The translations under genes were made by a program, and so were the position numbers. From the NCBI GenBank assembly GCA_963804305.1, contig CAWDPR010000004.1:121429-185428 (forward strand): DNA of 64,000 nucleotides, in the 5' to 3' direction. This DNA is from an uncultured Acidimicrobiaceae bacterium (lineage in GTDB: Bacteria; Actinomycetota; Acidimicrobiia; Acidimicrobiales; RAAP-2). Below, piece after piece: positions 34,297 to 44,497 of this stretch (its first letter is position 1; each line of letters begins with the position of its first letter). The notes below the pieces were generated by a model. It did not search any database. It was not told where the DNA came from and saw only the letters and a program-made list of their open reading frames with translations.

Positions 34297-37254
34297 TTAC
34301 GTCGCCTTGGATTTTTTCGAGGGAATTGACGTGGTCGTCGTAGTTGTCGACGACGTCGTCGTGCCCGACGTTCCTGAGAGCGCCGCCTGTGCGAGTTGCA
34401 ACTCGTGGTTCATCGCGTTCACCTTCGACTGGTACTCGCCCAAATGTCCGGCGCTGAGTGCAGTCTGCGCGGCGGTGTAGTCAGCCGCCGCCTGGGTCAG
34501 GTAGTAGGAGGCACTCTTTCCGGTCTGGGTGCCACCACCGGGATTCGTCGAGCCACCCGATCCGGTATTGATGCTCGCACCGAGGACGTCCGAGAGAGCG
34601 CCCGCGAGCGTGGGCTCAATCGCGACGTCCTGGTTGAAGACGGCGATGACGTAGCGCAACTGCGGCAATGGATTCGACGTACTCGTCACGTACAGCGGTC
34701 GGATGTACAGAACGCTCTGGTCGAGGGGCACCATCAAGTTGTTCCCCAACAAGACACTCGACCCGTGCTGGTCGAGCAGCGTGGTGATCTGGGCGGCCTT
34801 GCTGTTCTGTTGGATCTCCGAGTCGGCCTGCACCGGCCCGGTGACCGAGGTCCCTCGAGGGGTCACGTAGACATGCAGTTGTCCGTAGTCATCGGGGTCA
34901 CTCGTCGCGATCATGAACGCCGTGAGCCCCTGGACCGTCGTCGAGTTGCCCGCGGGCACGTAGGCGATCGTCTGGAGGAGTTGCTGATGGTTCGCGAAGG
35001 GCAAAGAGCCAACTTGGTAGACCGGGCTCATTGGCGAGAGCTCCGTCGAAACGACGTTGCCCGCGTTGTTGGTGACGGTCGTTCGCGCGAGCGACTGGCG
35101 CGGCGTACCCGAACCGGTGGTCGGCGAGATCTCCCAACGGTCAGAGCCGTTGTAGAAGGCGCTCGCGGTCGAGATGTGGTAGCGGCCAAGTATCGCCGCC
35201 TGCACCGAGAACAGATCGGTCGGGTAGCGAAGGTGGGTACGCACCGCTTCGGGCATCTGGCTGAGCGGGTGGAACATCGTGGGGAACGCGGCCCGGTACG
35301 CCTTCAAGATGGGGTCGTTCGGGTCGTTCGCGTAGAACGTCATCGCGCCGGTGTACGCGTTGATGACCACCTTGACCGAGTTGCGCGCGTAGTTGAAGCT
35401 GTAGGGAAGGCCGCCCTCGTTGACGTTCAGTCCAGAGGCGTTCTGGCTGTAGGGGTACTGGTCGGTCGTGGTGTAGCCGTCGAGCACGTACTGCACTTCG
35501 CCGTTGGCGATCACGGCATAGGGGTTGGAGTCGAACGTGAGGAACGGCGCCGCCTTCTGCGCCATCTGCTGGACGTCGCGCACGAACATCACTCGGCTCT
35601 TCGAGGTGATCTGGTTCGAGATGAGGAAGTTGAAGTCGCCGAGGCGAAGCGCAAGCGCCATGCGACTGAAGAGTCCACCGACCGCGACGCCGCCGGTGCT
35701 CGCGTAATGCGATTCGACGGGGGTGCCCGCGTTCGCGCCCGAGTTGATCTGATAGTCGAGCTCGGGCTGCTTCGTGTTGGCGACGACCCAGCCCGAATCA
35801 TGGATGCCGAAGTAGATGTCGGGTTGGGTGAGCACCGGCATGCCATTGGTCGACTGCGGGGGTACGTTCGACACCACGAAATTCGGGTTGCCGGTCGTGT
35901 AGTCGACGGCGTTCGCGGCCAGCACCGCGGCCCCGATGCCGTGCGTGTACTGCAGGTGCTGGTTCACCCAGCTCGGTGACGACAGGTTCGCAGAGTTCAA
36001 CTGTCGCGCACCGATGAGGACAGGGGTCAGCTTGCCGTTGACGAAGTAGCGGTCGACGCCCAGCGTGGTGAAGGTGTAGTACGAGCGGATGGACTGACGG
36101 CGTGTCACCGTCGTGAGCGCAATGGCCTGGGCCGGGTCCCAGAGGCGGATGTTGTCCAAGGTCGCGGCGTCGGCCCTGATCGTCTTGGCCGAGATGGTGG
36201 TCGCCCCGGCGAAGGTGCTGTAGGAGACCTTGTCGAGCCCGAAGGCCGACTTCGTCGCCTCGATATTGCGTTGGATGTAGGGAGCCTCGAGCGAGTCCTG
36301 GTTTGGGCTCACCTTGAGGGCCTGGAGGATCGTCGGGTAAAGCACGCCGATGACTAACGCCACGAAGAGCCACAGCCCGACCGCGACGGCGGGAAGCGAC
36401 CAACCTCGTAGCCGAACGTTCGAGAGGAGGATGAGCGCCGCGGCCACCGAGAGGAAGAACAAGATCGTGAGGGCCGGCATGCGCGCGTGCACGTCGGTGT
36501 AGCCCGCCCCCTGCACGTAGCCGTTGGTCGAATTGACCAGTTCCCACTTCGCGATGACGTAGCCCGCCGCCTTCATGAGCGCGATGCCGGCGCCGATGAC
36601 CGAGAGGTGGGCCTTCACCCGGGGCGCGACGCGCGGGGTGACCCTCGTCGCTCGAATCCCGCCGTTGAGGTAGTGGAATCCAGTCGTGACGACCAAGACC
36701 ACGATGAGCGAGACCAGTAACCAGGTCACCACGAAGGAGACGAAGGGCAGCGTGAAGATGTAAAAGCTCAGGTCCTTGTGGAAGAGGGGGTCCTTCACGT
36801 GGAACGGCTGACTGTTCGCCCACAAGAGGTACTTCTGCCACTGCCCGGTCGCGTTCAGGCCCGCGATGATGCCCATGACGAGGGCGATAGCGGCGTAAAT
36901 CCGCTTGGCGTAGGGACGGACCACGTTCTGGAACCGACGGACGATCTCGTCCTCGGGGTCAAAGGAGAGATCGCGAGCACCGAATCGGTCGGTGAGGAGC
37001 AGGTTGCCCCACATGATGAAGAAAAAGATGGCGCCGAAGGTGAGCCCGAGGCCGACCTTCACCATCAGCAACGTCGAGAAGACGTTGCTCAGGCCCACCG
37101 AGGAGAACCACATCTGATCGGTCCAGAGCACCGCCAGGTTGCGAAGTGAGAGGAAGCCGATCAGCAGGATGACGAAGATGAGTCCGAGCCAAAACCTGCG
37201 CGAGAACCGGCCCAGCCGACGCGGGCGCGAGGGGATGTCAGTCGGGCTACGCAC
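34297..37254 (-). CDS. UPF0182 family large membrane protein
   Basis: A 985-aa protein with an N-terminal polytopic region (LWTDQMWFSSVG motif) and a large extracytoplasmic domain. The C-terminus is S/T-rich. Confidence 0.85.
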   Translation of the reverse strand: MRSPTDIPSRPRRLGRFSRRFWLGLIFVILLIGFLSLRNLAVLWTDQMWFSSVGLSNVFSTLLMVKVGLGLTFGAIFFFIMWGNLLLTDRFGARDLSFDPEDEIVRRFQNVVRPYAKRIYAAIALVMGIIAGLNATGQWQKYLLWANSQPFHVKDPLFHKDLSFYIFTLPFVSFVVTWLLVSLIVVLVVTTGFHYLNGGIRATRVTPRVAPRVKAHLSVIGAGIALMKAAGYVIAKWELVNSTNGYVQGAGYTDVHARMPALTILFFLSVAAALILLSNVRLRGWSLPAVAVGLWLFVALVIGVLYPTILQALKVSPNQDSLEAPYIQRNIEATKSAFGLDKVSYSTFAGATTISAKTIRADAATLDNIRLWDPAQAIALTTVTRRQSIRSYYTFTTLGVDRYFVNGKLTPVLIGARQLNSANLSSPSWVNQHLQYTHGIGAAVLAANAVDYTTGNPNFVVSNVPPQSTNGMPVLTQPDIYFGIHDSGWVVANTKQPELDYQINSGANAGTPVESHYASTGGVAVGGLFSRMALALRLGDFNFLISNQITSKSRVMFVRDVQQMAQKAAPFLTFDSNPYAVIANGEVQYVLDGYTTTDQYPYSQNASGLNVNEGGLPYSFNYARNSVKVVINAYTGAMTFYANDPNDPILKAYRAAFPTMFHPLSQMPEAVRTHLRYPTDLFSVQAAILGRYHISTASAFYNGSDRWEISPTTGSGTPRQSLARTTVTNNAGNVVSTELSPMSPVYQVGSLPFANHQQLLQTIAYVPAGNSTTVQGLTAFMIATSDPDDYGQLHVYVTPRGTSVTGPVQADSEIQQNSKAAQITTLLDQHGSSVLLGNNLMVPLDQSVLYIRPLYVTSTSNPLPQLRYVIAVFNQDVAIEPTLAGALSDVLGASINTGSGGSTNPGGGTQTGKSASYYLTQAAADYTAAQTALSAGHLGEYQSKVNAMNHELQLAQAALSGTSGTTTSSTTTTTTSIPSKKSKAT

Positions 37255-37275
37255 GAGTTGAGCCTAGGCCGTTTT

Positions 37276-38898
37276 TCAAACGGGAATTACGGCGCACGCA
37301 CAACCGGCGTGCAGGGGCGGGTGGGCGGAGCCGCTCGGAAACGCCTGGCCCGCGAGCCGTTCGCCCGACGCCGCGTCAAGCGCGCAGGCGTCGCACGGTG
37401 CATCGTTCGGTGCGACGTAGAAGCGAACGTTCCGTCCCTGGGACGCGGCGAGCACACCGATCTCGAAGGCCCGGCGAGCGGCGTCGGTGCAGAGTCGTTC
37501 GACGCGGGCCCCGCGCCACTCCTTGTAGGCGGCGTTGGCGCGGTCCGGTCCGTCGCCGCTGCCGTCGGCGAGAATCCGCTTTCGCAGTGCGAGGACGATC
37601 GTCACGGCGAGGTCGGCCGCGCAGTCGCTGAGCTCGGTCGCATTGACCTGACCGCCCGGCACACCCGACTCATCCTTGGCGAACTGGACGCCGGCCGCCG
37701 CGGCGTCGGTGAGCGCGTCGATCGCGGCGCTGGCGTAGCGCGCACGCTGTTCGTGTTCGTCTTCGAGTTCGGTGGTGATCATGGCCTTCACGTCACGCAA
37801 TCGATCGAGCATCACGTTCTGATCGTCTTGGAGCGCCCGCTTGACCTTGCGCGTCAGCACCGCGAGGGACTCGTCGAGGGCTTCGTCACGGCGCTTGAAG
37901 AGTTCGCCGTTGGGCGTCTCGGGTTTCGACGCCGCGGGCGCCTTGCGAGGTGCCTGCGCCGTCGCGCCACGTTCTTCGAGCGTCGCCTTTCGCAGGCGCG
38001 CGAAGATCTCGTTCACCACGTCGGTGCCGGTCGCGTCCTCGTCGAGGACCGTCGCCATGGGCACTTCGGACGGTTGGGGGGCCTTGGTGGGACGCGGAGC
38101 CCTCGGCTTGGGTTCCGGCGGCGCCTCGGGTTCGAGCAGTTGCGGCTCGGCGACCGGGCGAAGTGGCGTGCCGGCGAGCAACTCCTCTTCGGTCGGCTCC
38201 GCCCCCGCGGGGCGAAGGCGTAGGGCTTCGAGCGCGGCGTTTCGCGCCACGTCATCGGAACTGTTGATGCCGATGAGCACCGACTCGACTTGGTCTTGGA
38301 TGGACGACACGAAGCCCGCCAACGAATCACGCGCCGCGCGCAGTTGATCGATCTGCATGTGCAGCGCCTTGCGCTTCACCGCGAGGTCGTTCAACACCGC
38401 CTTGCGTGCTTCGTACGCCTGCTCGAGGATCGCGCGACCTTGCTCGCGTCCTCCCTCGACGAGCGCCTCGCCGTTCACCTTCGCCGAGTCGACGAGTCGC
38501 TCGGCGGCCAGGCGGGCGTCGTGCTCGATAGTCGCCGCCGTGTTCTCCGCTTCAGTGATCAGCAGCGTCGCGCGCTCCTGAGCCTCGATCAAGTGGGTGG
38601 CGCCACGCTGCTGGCTCTCGGTGAAGACCTGAGCGCTTCGCTCCTGGGCCTCAGCGGTGACCCGGCCGGCCTCCTCGTGCGCCGAACGTAGGATCGCCGC
38701 GCTCTGAGCCCCTAAGGCACTCGCGAGCGTCGCTTCGTCGAAGGTCGGATTCGCCGCCCGTCGTTGGGCTTCGCTCAACTGGTCCTGGAGTTCTCTGATC
38801 CGGTTCTCGAGGTGTCCCATCTCGCGCGCGACCGCTTCGAGCTGGACGCGGACCTCGCTCGGGTCGTAGCCACCCTTGCGCAGGGTCGTAAAGGTCAT
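37276..38898 (-). CDS. DivIVA domain protein with a long coiled coil, a Pro-rich linker and a C-terminal Mu-F/SPP1-gp7-like Cys/His domain
   Basis: The N-terminus is MTFTTLRKGGYDPSEVRVQLEAVAREM (DivIVA). The C-terminus is APCDACALDAASGE...HPPLHAGCACAV. An alternative upstream start lies at 38955. Confidence 0.8.
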   Translation of the reverse strand: MTFTTLRKGGYDPSEVRVQLEAVAREMGHLENRIRELQDQLSEAQRRAANPTFDEATLASALGAQSAAILRSAHEEAGRVTAEAQERSAQVFTESQQRGATHLIEAQERATLLITEAENTAATIEHDARLAAERLVDSAKVNGEALVEGGREQGRAILEQAYEARKAVLNDLAVKRKALHMQIDQLRAARDSLAGFVSSIQDQVESVLIGINSSDDVARNAALEALRLRPAGAEPTEEELLAGTPLRPVAEPQLLEPEAPPEPKPRAPRPTKAPQPSEVPMATVLDEDATGTDVVNEIFARLRKATLEERGATAQAPRKAPAASKPETPNGELFKRRDEALDESLAVLTRKVKRALQDDQNVMLDRLRDVKAMITTELEDEHEQRARYASAAIDALTDAAAAGVQFAKDESGVPGGQVNATELSDCAADLAVTIVLALRKRILADGSGDGPDRANAAYKEWRGARVERLCTDAARRAFEIGVLAASQGRNVRFYVAPNDAPCDACALDAASGERLAGQAFPSGSAHPPLHAGCACAVIPV

Positions 38899-38992
38899 TC
38901 GGGCGATTTCGGCCGAGGTTTGGCGCGTGGTTGAAAGGATTCGGCGATCGTCCATTCCTTCAAGACTACGGCGTTGCCGTCGAAAAAATGGG

Positions 38993-40120
38993 TTAGTGAG
39001 GCGTGGTAATGGGCTGTAGCGGGGCGCCGCCGATCTTTCGCAGGTCCCGCAGTGCTTGGCGCAACGTCGTCACGCCGATGATGGTGAGACCAGGAGAGGC
39101 GGCCGACTTCGCGGTCGCCACCTCGACTTCGGGAACGAAGAAGTACTTGGCACCGGCACGCTGCACCGCGACCGTCTTCTCGGCGACACCCCCGACGTCG
39201 CCCACGTTGCCGTGGACGTCCATCGTGCCGGTGGCCGCGATCGGTTGGTCGCCAGAGATGGAGTGCCGACTGAGCTTGTCGATCAATGTCAGGGTCATGG
39301 CGAGTCCCGCCGACGGCCCGCCGATGTCCTTCGTATCGATCGAGACGTTGGCGGGCAGCGAGTAGGTGAAGCCATCTTCGAGGCCTATGCCGAGCCACGA
39401 CTTCGAGACACCCTTGACGCCGGCGCAACCCGATGCCACCATCCCACTCGGCGGCGCACCGGTCGTCAACGTGACGACCGTCGGCGCGCGGTAGCTGATG
39501 ATGCCCGTCGACGAGATCTTGGCTCGATCCACCGTGATGCGCGTTCTTGTGCCGGGCACCAGGTCGTGCACGGCTTGAACCAGACCGCACGAGGACCTGA
39601 TCGCCGTTCCGTTCACGGCGACGATCTCGTCGGCCACGTGCAGGCCAGCGCTTCGCGCCGGCGACGGCGCACTGACCGAGTTCACGATGACGCCCGTGGG
39701 CGTGCCCGGCGTCCGCCATCCCAGCGCGTTGAAGGCCGCCACCTCGGCCGCCTGCTTCGAGTCGCTCATCTCGAGGTAACCCTGGGCCGCGAGCTCATCG
39801 GTCGGGACGCCGGGATCGACCAGTTCGTTGCCGCTCACGAACTCCACGTGACTGGAGAAGTGCAGGGTCAGCCACTGCCAGGCGTTGAGCGACGTGAGAT
39901 AGACGTCGGTCAACATGATCTTGTCATGGTGCGTGGTCGTGGCGACACCTTCGACCTTCACCAGTGGCGCGACCGGGGTCGCGTCACCAGGCGTGAGCGC
40001 GTATTCGTTGATGTTCCAACTGTGCAGGGCCACGATGGCGACCAGGACGAGGAGGAGGGCAGAAAAGATGGACACTGGGGCCCGTCGGGACCTCGAGGGT
40101 GGTGAGATGGGTCCGTGCAA
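38993..40120 (-). CDS. PDZ domain-containing Lon-like (S16) serine protease, YlbL/SepM-type
   Basis: TM anchor, a PDZ domain (GVIVNSV...SPA..AGLHVADEIVAVNG), and Lon catalytic contexts GGPSAGLAMTL and AEKTVAVQRAGAKYFFVP. Confidence 0.85.
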   Translation of the reverse strand: MHGPISPPSRSRRAPVSIFSALLLVLVAIVALHSWNINEYALTPGDATPVAPLVKVEGVATTTHHDKIMLTDVYLTSLNAWQWLTLHFSSHVEFVSGNELVDPGVPTDELAAQGYLEMSDSKQAAEVAAFNALGWRTPGTPTGVIVNSVSAPSPARSAGLHVADEIVAVNGTAIRSSCGLVQAVHDLVPGTRTRITVDRAKISSTGIISYRAPTVVTLTTGAPPSGMVASGCAGVKGVSKSWLGIGLEDGFTYSLPANVSIDTKDIGGPSAGLAMTLTLIDKLSRHSISGDQPIAATGTMDVHGNVGDVGGVAEKTVAVQRAGAKYFFVPEVEVATAKSAASPGLTIIGVTTLRQALRDLRKIGGAPLQPITTPH

Positions 40121-40747
40121 AGTGATGAGCCAACGCTAGCGGAGAGTCCCGAGGAGTCACTATTGCGCGCGGGCTTCGCGATCGGCGATGACTACACCGA
40201 GATCCTCCGGTCCAACCTGACCAACGCCGCGCCGCGACGTCGGGTACTCGCCCTTCGCGGTATGGTCCGCCAAGGATTGGTCACCCCCGCGCAGTGGGTG
40301 TCGGCGATCGACGACCTCGACGTCGACGTCCGACGTGAAGCGCTCAACCAGGTGGCCTACGCCGCGTCGCTCGATGCGGCCGTCGTCGAAGCGATCGAGC
40401 GCCAGCTCGACGACGAGGACCCGTTGGTGGTCGACGGCGCGATTTTCGCGCTGGGAGAACATCTCTACGCCGGCGCCGTCGAGCGGCTGTGCGAGATCGC
40501 TACGTCGCATGACGACGCGCGTTGTCGTGAGTCAGCGATCGCCGCGCTGGGTGCGATCGGCGACGACCGGGCGCGCCGCGTCATCCTCGCCGCGCTCGAC
40601 GACAAGCCGCCCGTGCGACGACGCGCGATCGTGGCACTGTCGAACTTTGAGGGACCCGACATCGACGCCGCGCTCGAACGTGCCAGCGAGGACCGCGACT
40701 GGCAGGTCCGCGCTGCCGTCAACCAGCTGGGACGCGACGTCGACTAA
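40115..40747 (+). CDS. HEAT repeat protein
   Basis: Repeated D..VRR.A...L / D..VR.AA helical repeats. The start is a GTG. Confidence 0.7.
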   Translation: MQSDEPTLAESPEESLLRAGFAIGDDYTEILRSNLTNAAPRRRVLALRGMVRQGLVTPAQWVSAIDDLDVDVRREALNQVAYAASLDAAVVEAIERQLDDEDPLVVDGAIFALGEHLYAGAVERLCEIATSHDDARCRESAIAALGAIGDDRARRVILAALDDKPPVRRRAIVALSNFEGPDIDAALERASEDRDWQVRAAVNQLGRDVD

Positions 40748-41748
40748 CGATCGGCGTCGCGGTAGAGCGAATGCAGCGTCGACATCTCTTCGAGACAGAG
40801 CGCCAACCCTTGAATGACGGCGGTGTCGGGATGTTCCGCGATGTTCACCTCGACACCCGTGTTCGTCGCGATCAGTTCGGCGAGGTCCGTCAGCAGGGCA
40901 TTGCCGCCGGTCAAGGAGAGTCCCCGCGCGCTGACGTCCTGGGAGAGGTCCGGCGGCGCGTCACCGAGGCACTCTTGGATCATTCGCACCGTGGCGGTGA
41001 CGATGTCACTCGCGGCGTCGTTGACCAGGTCCGCGTCCACGTCGACCTCCACGAGGTCGCCTCGGTCGACCGTTCGCGCCAATATGACCTCGGACTTGCC
41101 GCGGGTTCGTCCGAGTGCCGAGGCGAGCGACAGTTTCAAGCCCTCAATGACCATCGGCGCGACGACGACACCGAGCTGGACCCGCAGCGACGTCGCGATG
41201 GCTCCGTCGAGGTCGTTGCCCCCCTGTCGTCGCGCGCTGCCGGTGACGATGCCGCCAAGAGAAATAATGGCCGCCTCCGACGCACCGGCGCCGAGCACGG
41301 TGACCGCCGAGCCCACGGGGTCCTGCACCGGGAGTCCCATGCCGATGGCCGCCGCGATTGGCGCTTCGATGAGCGTCGCTTCGCGGGCGCCCGCCTGGAT
41401 CGCTGCCTGGCGCAGGGCCCGGCGTTCGATGCTGGTGGCGAGTGACGGCACGCTCATGACCACGCGCGCCCGGCTCAGCTTCGAGACACCTGCGCGTTCG
41501 AAGAGTCCGTGGATCAGGCGAGCGGTGACGTCGAAGTCCACCGTCGCGCCCTGCGCCAACGGCCGAAAGACGACGACGTGGCGTGGCGTCCGTGCGACCA
41601 TGTCGAGCGCGCCGAAGCCGACCTCCATGACGTTGCCACTGTTGGTGTCGATCGCGACCATCGTCGGCTCATTGAAGACGATGCCGCGTTGGGAGGTCGC
41701 GAGGCGTGTGTTGGAGGTTCCAATGTCGAGCGCAACGTCCAAAGCCAT
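40744..41748 (-). CDS. MreB/Mbl-like actin-family ATPase
   Basis: ALDIGTSNTRL....GIVFNEPTMVAI ... L.GGNALL.DL..... No mreC or mreD is adjacent. Confidence 0.75.
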   Translation of the reverse strand: MALDVALDIGTSNTRLATSQRGIVFNEPTMVAIDTNSGNVMEVGFGALDMVARTPRHVVVFRPLAQGATVDFDVTARLIHGLFERAGVSKLSRARVVMSVPSLATSIERRALRQAAIQAGAREATLIEAPIAAAIGMGLPVQDPVGSAVTVLGAGASEAAIISLGGIVTGSARRQGGNDLDGAIATSLRVQLGVVVAPMVIEGLKLSLASALGRTRGKSEVILARTVDRGDLVEVDVDADLVNDAASDIVTATVRMIQECLGDAPPDLSQDVSARGLSLTGGNALLTDLAELIATNTGVEVNIAEHPDTAVIQGLALCLEEMSTLHSLYRDADR

Positions 41749-41784
41749 GGATTATGAGGCTAACCCGACCGTGGCGCAAGGCTT

Positions 41785-42879
41785 GTGGTTACTAGCCTTT
41801 ACTGGGTGGAGAGTGCGGGGACGAACTGGTGGCGCCGACGGCGTCTGAACGCGAAACCGCCTCCTCTGGGCGAACGTGAGTGGGTCCACCCCAGTGAACT
41901 ACCCAGTTTCGAAAAGCTGCGTACCCACCCCAATTGGCCGATCAAGTCTCCGGCCGCTCGTGTGGTCGTGGCCGTCATGGCCGCGTCACTCGTCGTGGGG
42001 TCGGCTGGGCTCTACCTGACCAGAACGACGAATCCGCCCTCCACGCCGCACGTGGCGAGCACGCTGTCACAGTTGCCAGCCGTGAGCCGGACCGCGGCCG
42101 ATCACACCATCGACCTCACCATCGCGACCCCAGGTCACGTCGTAGTCGTCGCCGCGATGGCCCTGCCGCACGACCTGGCGGTGACGACGACGCAGATCCC
42201 CGCCAACGCCATCATCACCGGTTCGACGCCGGGACACCTGAACTTCCACGTGAGCTGGGTCGGTCGCGACAAAGTGATGGGATTCTCCATCGTGCGTTTG
42301 GGCGTGCACATCCCCGCGCTCACGTTCGCGCCGTTGCCCTCGAGCAAGTGGGTCGTCGCGGTGTCGCCGATTCTCAAGAGTTCGACCGACGCTCCCCAGT
42401 TCGCCTGGGCCAACACCGTCCTCGGTGACCCCTCGATCGATGCGACCGGCGTCATCAGTTACCTGTCGACCAAGTCCGACGCGAACCTCGACAGTTTCAT
42501 CGACGCCATCGCCGTCAACCAAAGTGGACAGGTCGTGGCCGTCCTCTCGGTCGATCACCTCTGGTACTCCGCCCAGTTCGTCGCGCGCATCGCCTACATC
42601 GTCGCCACGGGGCGAGGTTGTCATGCGAGTCTGGGCATCGTGGGCGTCACCGCCCAGGGTGGCGGCGTGACGGTCACTCGCGTGATTCCCAAGAGCCCCG
42701 CGCAGTACCGATTGAAGCGCGGTGACGTCATCACGGCGCTCAACGGCAAGGACACGGGTACCTTCGACGCACTCGACACCGCGCTCTATTTGACGCCCGC
42801 GTACACGAAGGCGAACGTCACGTTCATCCGTGCGTCGAGCGTCCACCACGCCGACATGACCCTCGCCTGCGCACTCTAA
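41785..42879 (+). CDS. Membrane-anchored PDZ protein with a degenerate trypsin-like (S1C/HtrA-like) region
   Basis: TM helix and a C-terminal PDZ (GVTVTRVIPKSPAQYRLKRGDVITALNGKD). NQSGQ sits where GNSGG is expected, so the region is possibly non-catalytic. Confidence 0.6.
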   Translation: MVTSLYWVESAGTNWWRRRRLNAKPPPLGEREWVHPSELPSFEKLRTHPNWPIKSPAARVVVAVMAASLVVGSAGLYLTRTTNPPSTPHVASTLSQLPAVSRTAADHTIDLTIATPGHVVVVAAMALPHDLAVTTTQIPANAIITGSTPGHLNFHVSWVGRDKVMGFSIVRLGVHIPALTFAPLPSSKWVVAVSPILKSSTDAPQFAWANTVLGDPSIDATGVISYLSTKSDANLDSFIDAIAVNQSGQVVAVLSVDHLWYSAQFVARIAYIVATGRGCHASLGIVGVTAQGGGVTVTRVIPKSPAQYRLKRGDVITALNGKDTGTFDALDTALYLTPAYTKANVTFIRASSVHHADMTLACAL

Positions 42880-42889
42880 AGTCGTAGCG

Positions 42890-44011
42890 GTGAGCGACAA
42901 TCCCTTCGGCGGCATGTTCGGCGACATCTTCTCGATGCTCGGACAACAAGGACCCGACGCCTGGTACACGACGGCCTCACAGCTGGCGCTCAACATCGCG
43001 CGGGGCACCGATGACGACCCCAACCCGTTGCCGATCGAACGCCAACGTCTCGAGGAACTCGCGCCGCTGGTCGCGCGTCACGTTGACAGCCTGTTGGGCG
43101 TGGCGCGCGACGCGCAGGTGGTGACCGTCAATCGTTCGGCCCTGACCCTCGCCGCCCTTGAGCAGTGGCGTCCCCTGATGGAGCCAATGGTCGCCAGCAC
43201 CACGACCATCGCCGACAACATCGACCTCGGCGACAACGCGATGATGGCGCAGATGGCCGCCACGCTCGGGCCGCTGTTCACCGGGTTCCAGATGGGTTCG
43301 GTCGCCGGTCACTTCTCCGAGCGCGCCTGGTCCCTCGCGGCGCTCCCCTTGCCGCGACTCGACGCTCGGCGCCTGCTCGTCGTCAACAACCTCGCGAGTT
43401 TCGCCGAGGCGTGGTCGCTCGAACGTGACGAGGTCTACGTCTTCGCCCTCGCCCAAGAGTTCCTCGCCTCGCTCGTGCTCACCCAACCCGGTACCGGTGA
43501 CGCGTTGCGCGCGTTGCTCATCGACTCGGTCCACGAATCGACCAAAGCCCAGGGTGACCTCTTGACGAAGCTCCAGTCAATGATCAACCCCGACGACATC
43601 GCGGGCATCATGGAGAACCCTGAATCACTGCTCGACGGCATCGAAATGCCCGACGAGACCGATGCAACGCGAGCGATCAACGCCGCCGCCAGCGTGCTGC
43701 TGGCGTTCTTCGAGGCCGCGGCGCACGAGATCACCGAGGCGATCCTCGGCCCTCGTCCGACTCTCGTCGAGGCCTACGCGCGACACCGTCGCAGTGACGC
43801 GCGCGGCGAGGACGCGGCGGCGGCGCTCTTTGGCATCTCGACCCAGGGCGAACATCACGAACAGGCGGCCCGGTTCGTCGCGGCGATCAAGCAGGCGCAC
43901 ACGCTACGCGCGTTTGACGCGCTCTTGCGCGTTGACGGACTGCCGAGCGCCGCTGAACTCCTCGACGCCGACGCGTGGTTCGAGCGAGTGACCAACTCGC
44001 CGCTGGCCTAA
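42890..44011 (+). CDS. DUF2342 / putative zinc-dependent metalloprotease family protein
   Basis: N-terminal NPFGGMFGDIFSMLG and overall helical composition are typical of the actinobacterial DUF2342 family. HEITE occupies the HExxH position. Confidence 0.7.
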   Translation: MSDNPFGGMFGDIFSMLGQQGPDAWYTTASQLALNIARGTDDDPNPLPIERQRLEELAPLVARHVDSLLGVARDAQVVTVNRSALTLAALEQWRPLMEPMVASTTTIADNIDLGDNAMMAQMAATLGPLFTGFQMGSVAGHFSERAWSLAALPLPRLDARRLLVVNNLASFAEAWSLERDEVYVFALAQEFLASLVLTQPGTGDALRALLIDSVHESTKAQGDLLTKLQSMINPDDIAGIMENPESLLDGIEMPDETDATRAINAAASVLLAFFEAAAHEITEAILGPRPTLVEAYARHRRSDARGEDAAAALFGISTQGEHHEQAARFVAAIKQAHTLRAFDALLRVDGLPSAAELLDADAWFERVTNSPLA

Positions 44012-44286
44012 CTCTCTTCGTCGTAACCGAGGTTCCACTCGACGAGCAGGTTCTCACGTTCGGCGTCGCGATTGACGCGCTCGCGGTTGCGTCGGAACTG
44101 CGGGTCGTGCGGAGGCAGAAAGCGCAGTCGGGCGTCGACGCGGTCCACGAACGCCTGGATCTGTTCCTCGTCACCGAACACCATTCGGCACTCCCAGTGT
44201 GGTGCCACGGGGCCGAGGTAAATCACTTGGACGTGCCCGACCGGGTCGACGACCTCGGTGGACTCGATGGTGGGGACCTGGCTCAC
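44008..44286 (-). CDS. Hypothetical conserved small protein, divergent from whiB
   Basis: Coding-like composition. Its stop overlaps the convergent DUF2342 stop by 4 bp. Confidence 0.5.
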   Translation of the reverse strand: MSQVPTIESTEVVDPVGHVQVIYLGPVAPHWECRMVFGDEEQIQAFVDRVDARLRFLPPHDPQFRRNRERVNRDAERENLLVEWNLGYDEES

Positions 44287-44497
44287 AATGCTCCTTCGGA
44301 GTTCTTTCCTACTGCTGAACAGCCATTCTACAACCTCGGTTTTGAGCCCCTGGCGGGGCCATTCCTTAGAGCAGGCTGTTAGGAGCTTTAGAGGAGTATG
44401 GTAACCAGCGGCTCGTGAACAAAAGAGCCTGCCGTTATCGTTTTGTCACACAAACAGTCACTACTGTGACACCAGAGACCAACTTCGGGGGGTGAGC

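Noticed and set aside
34396-35979. 527-aa plus-strand ORF. Comparable long antisense ORFs occur at 30327-31433, 37258-38223, 39056-40105, 40814-41848, 54231-55466, 57960-58940 and 63101-63997.
   Set aside because: These are typical high-GC shadow ORFs opposite strongly supported genes. The translations are Arg/Gly/Val/Asp-biased and carry no recognisable motifs.
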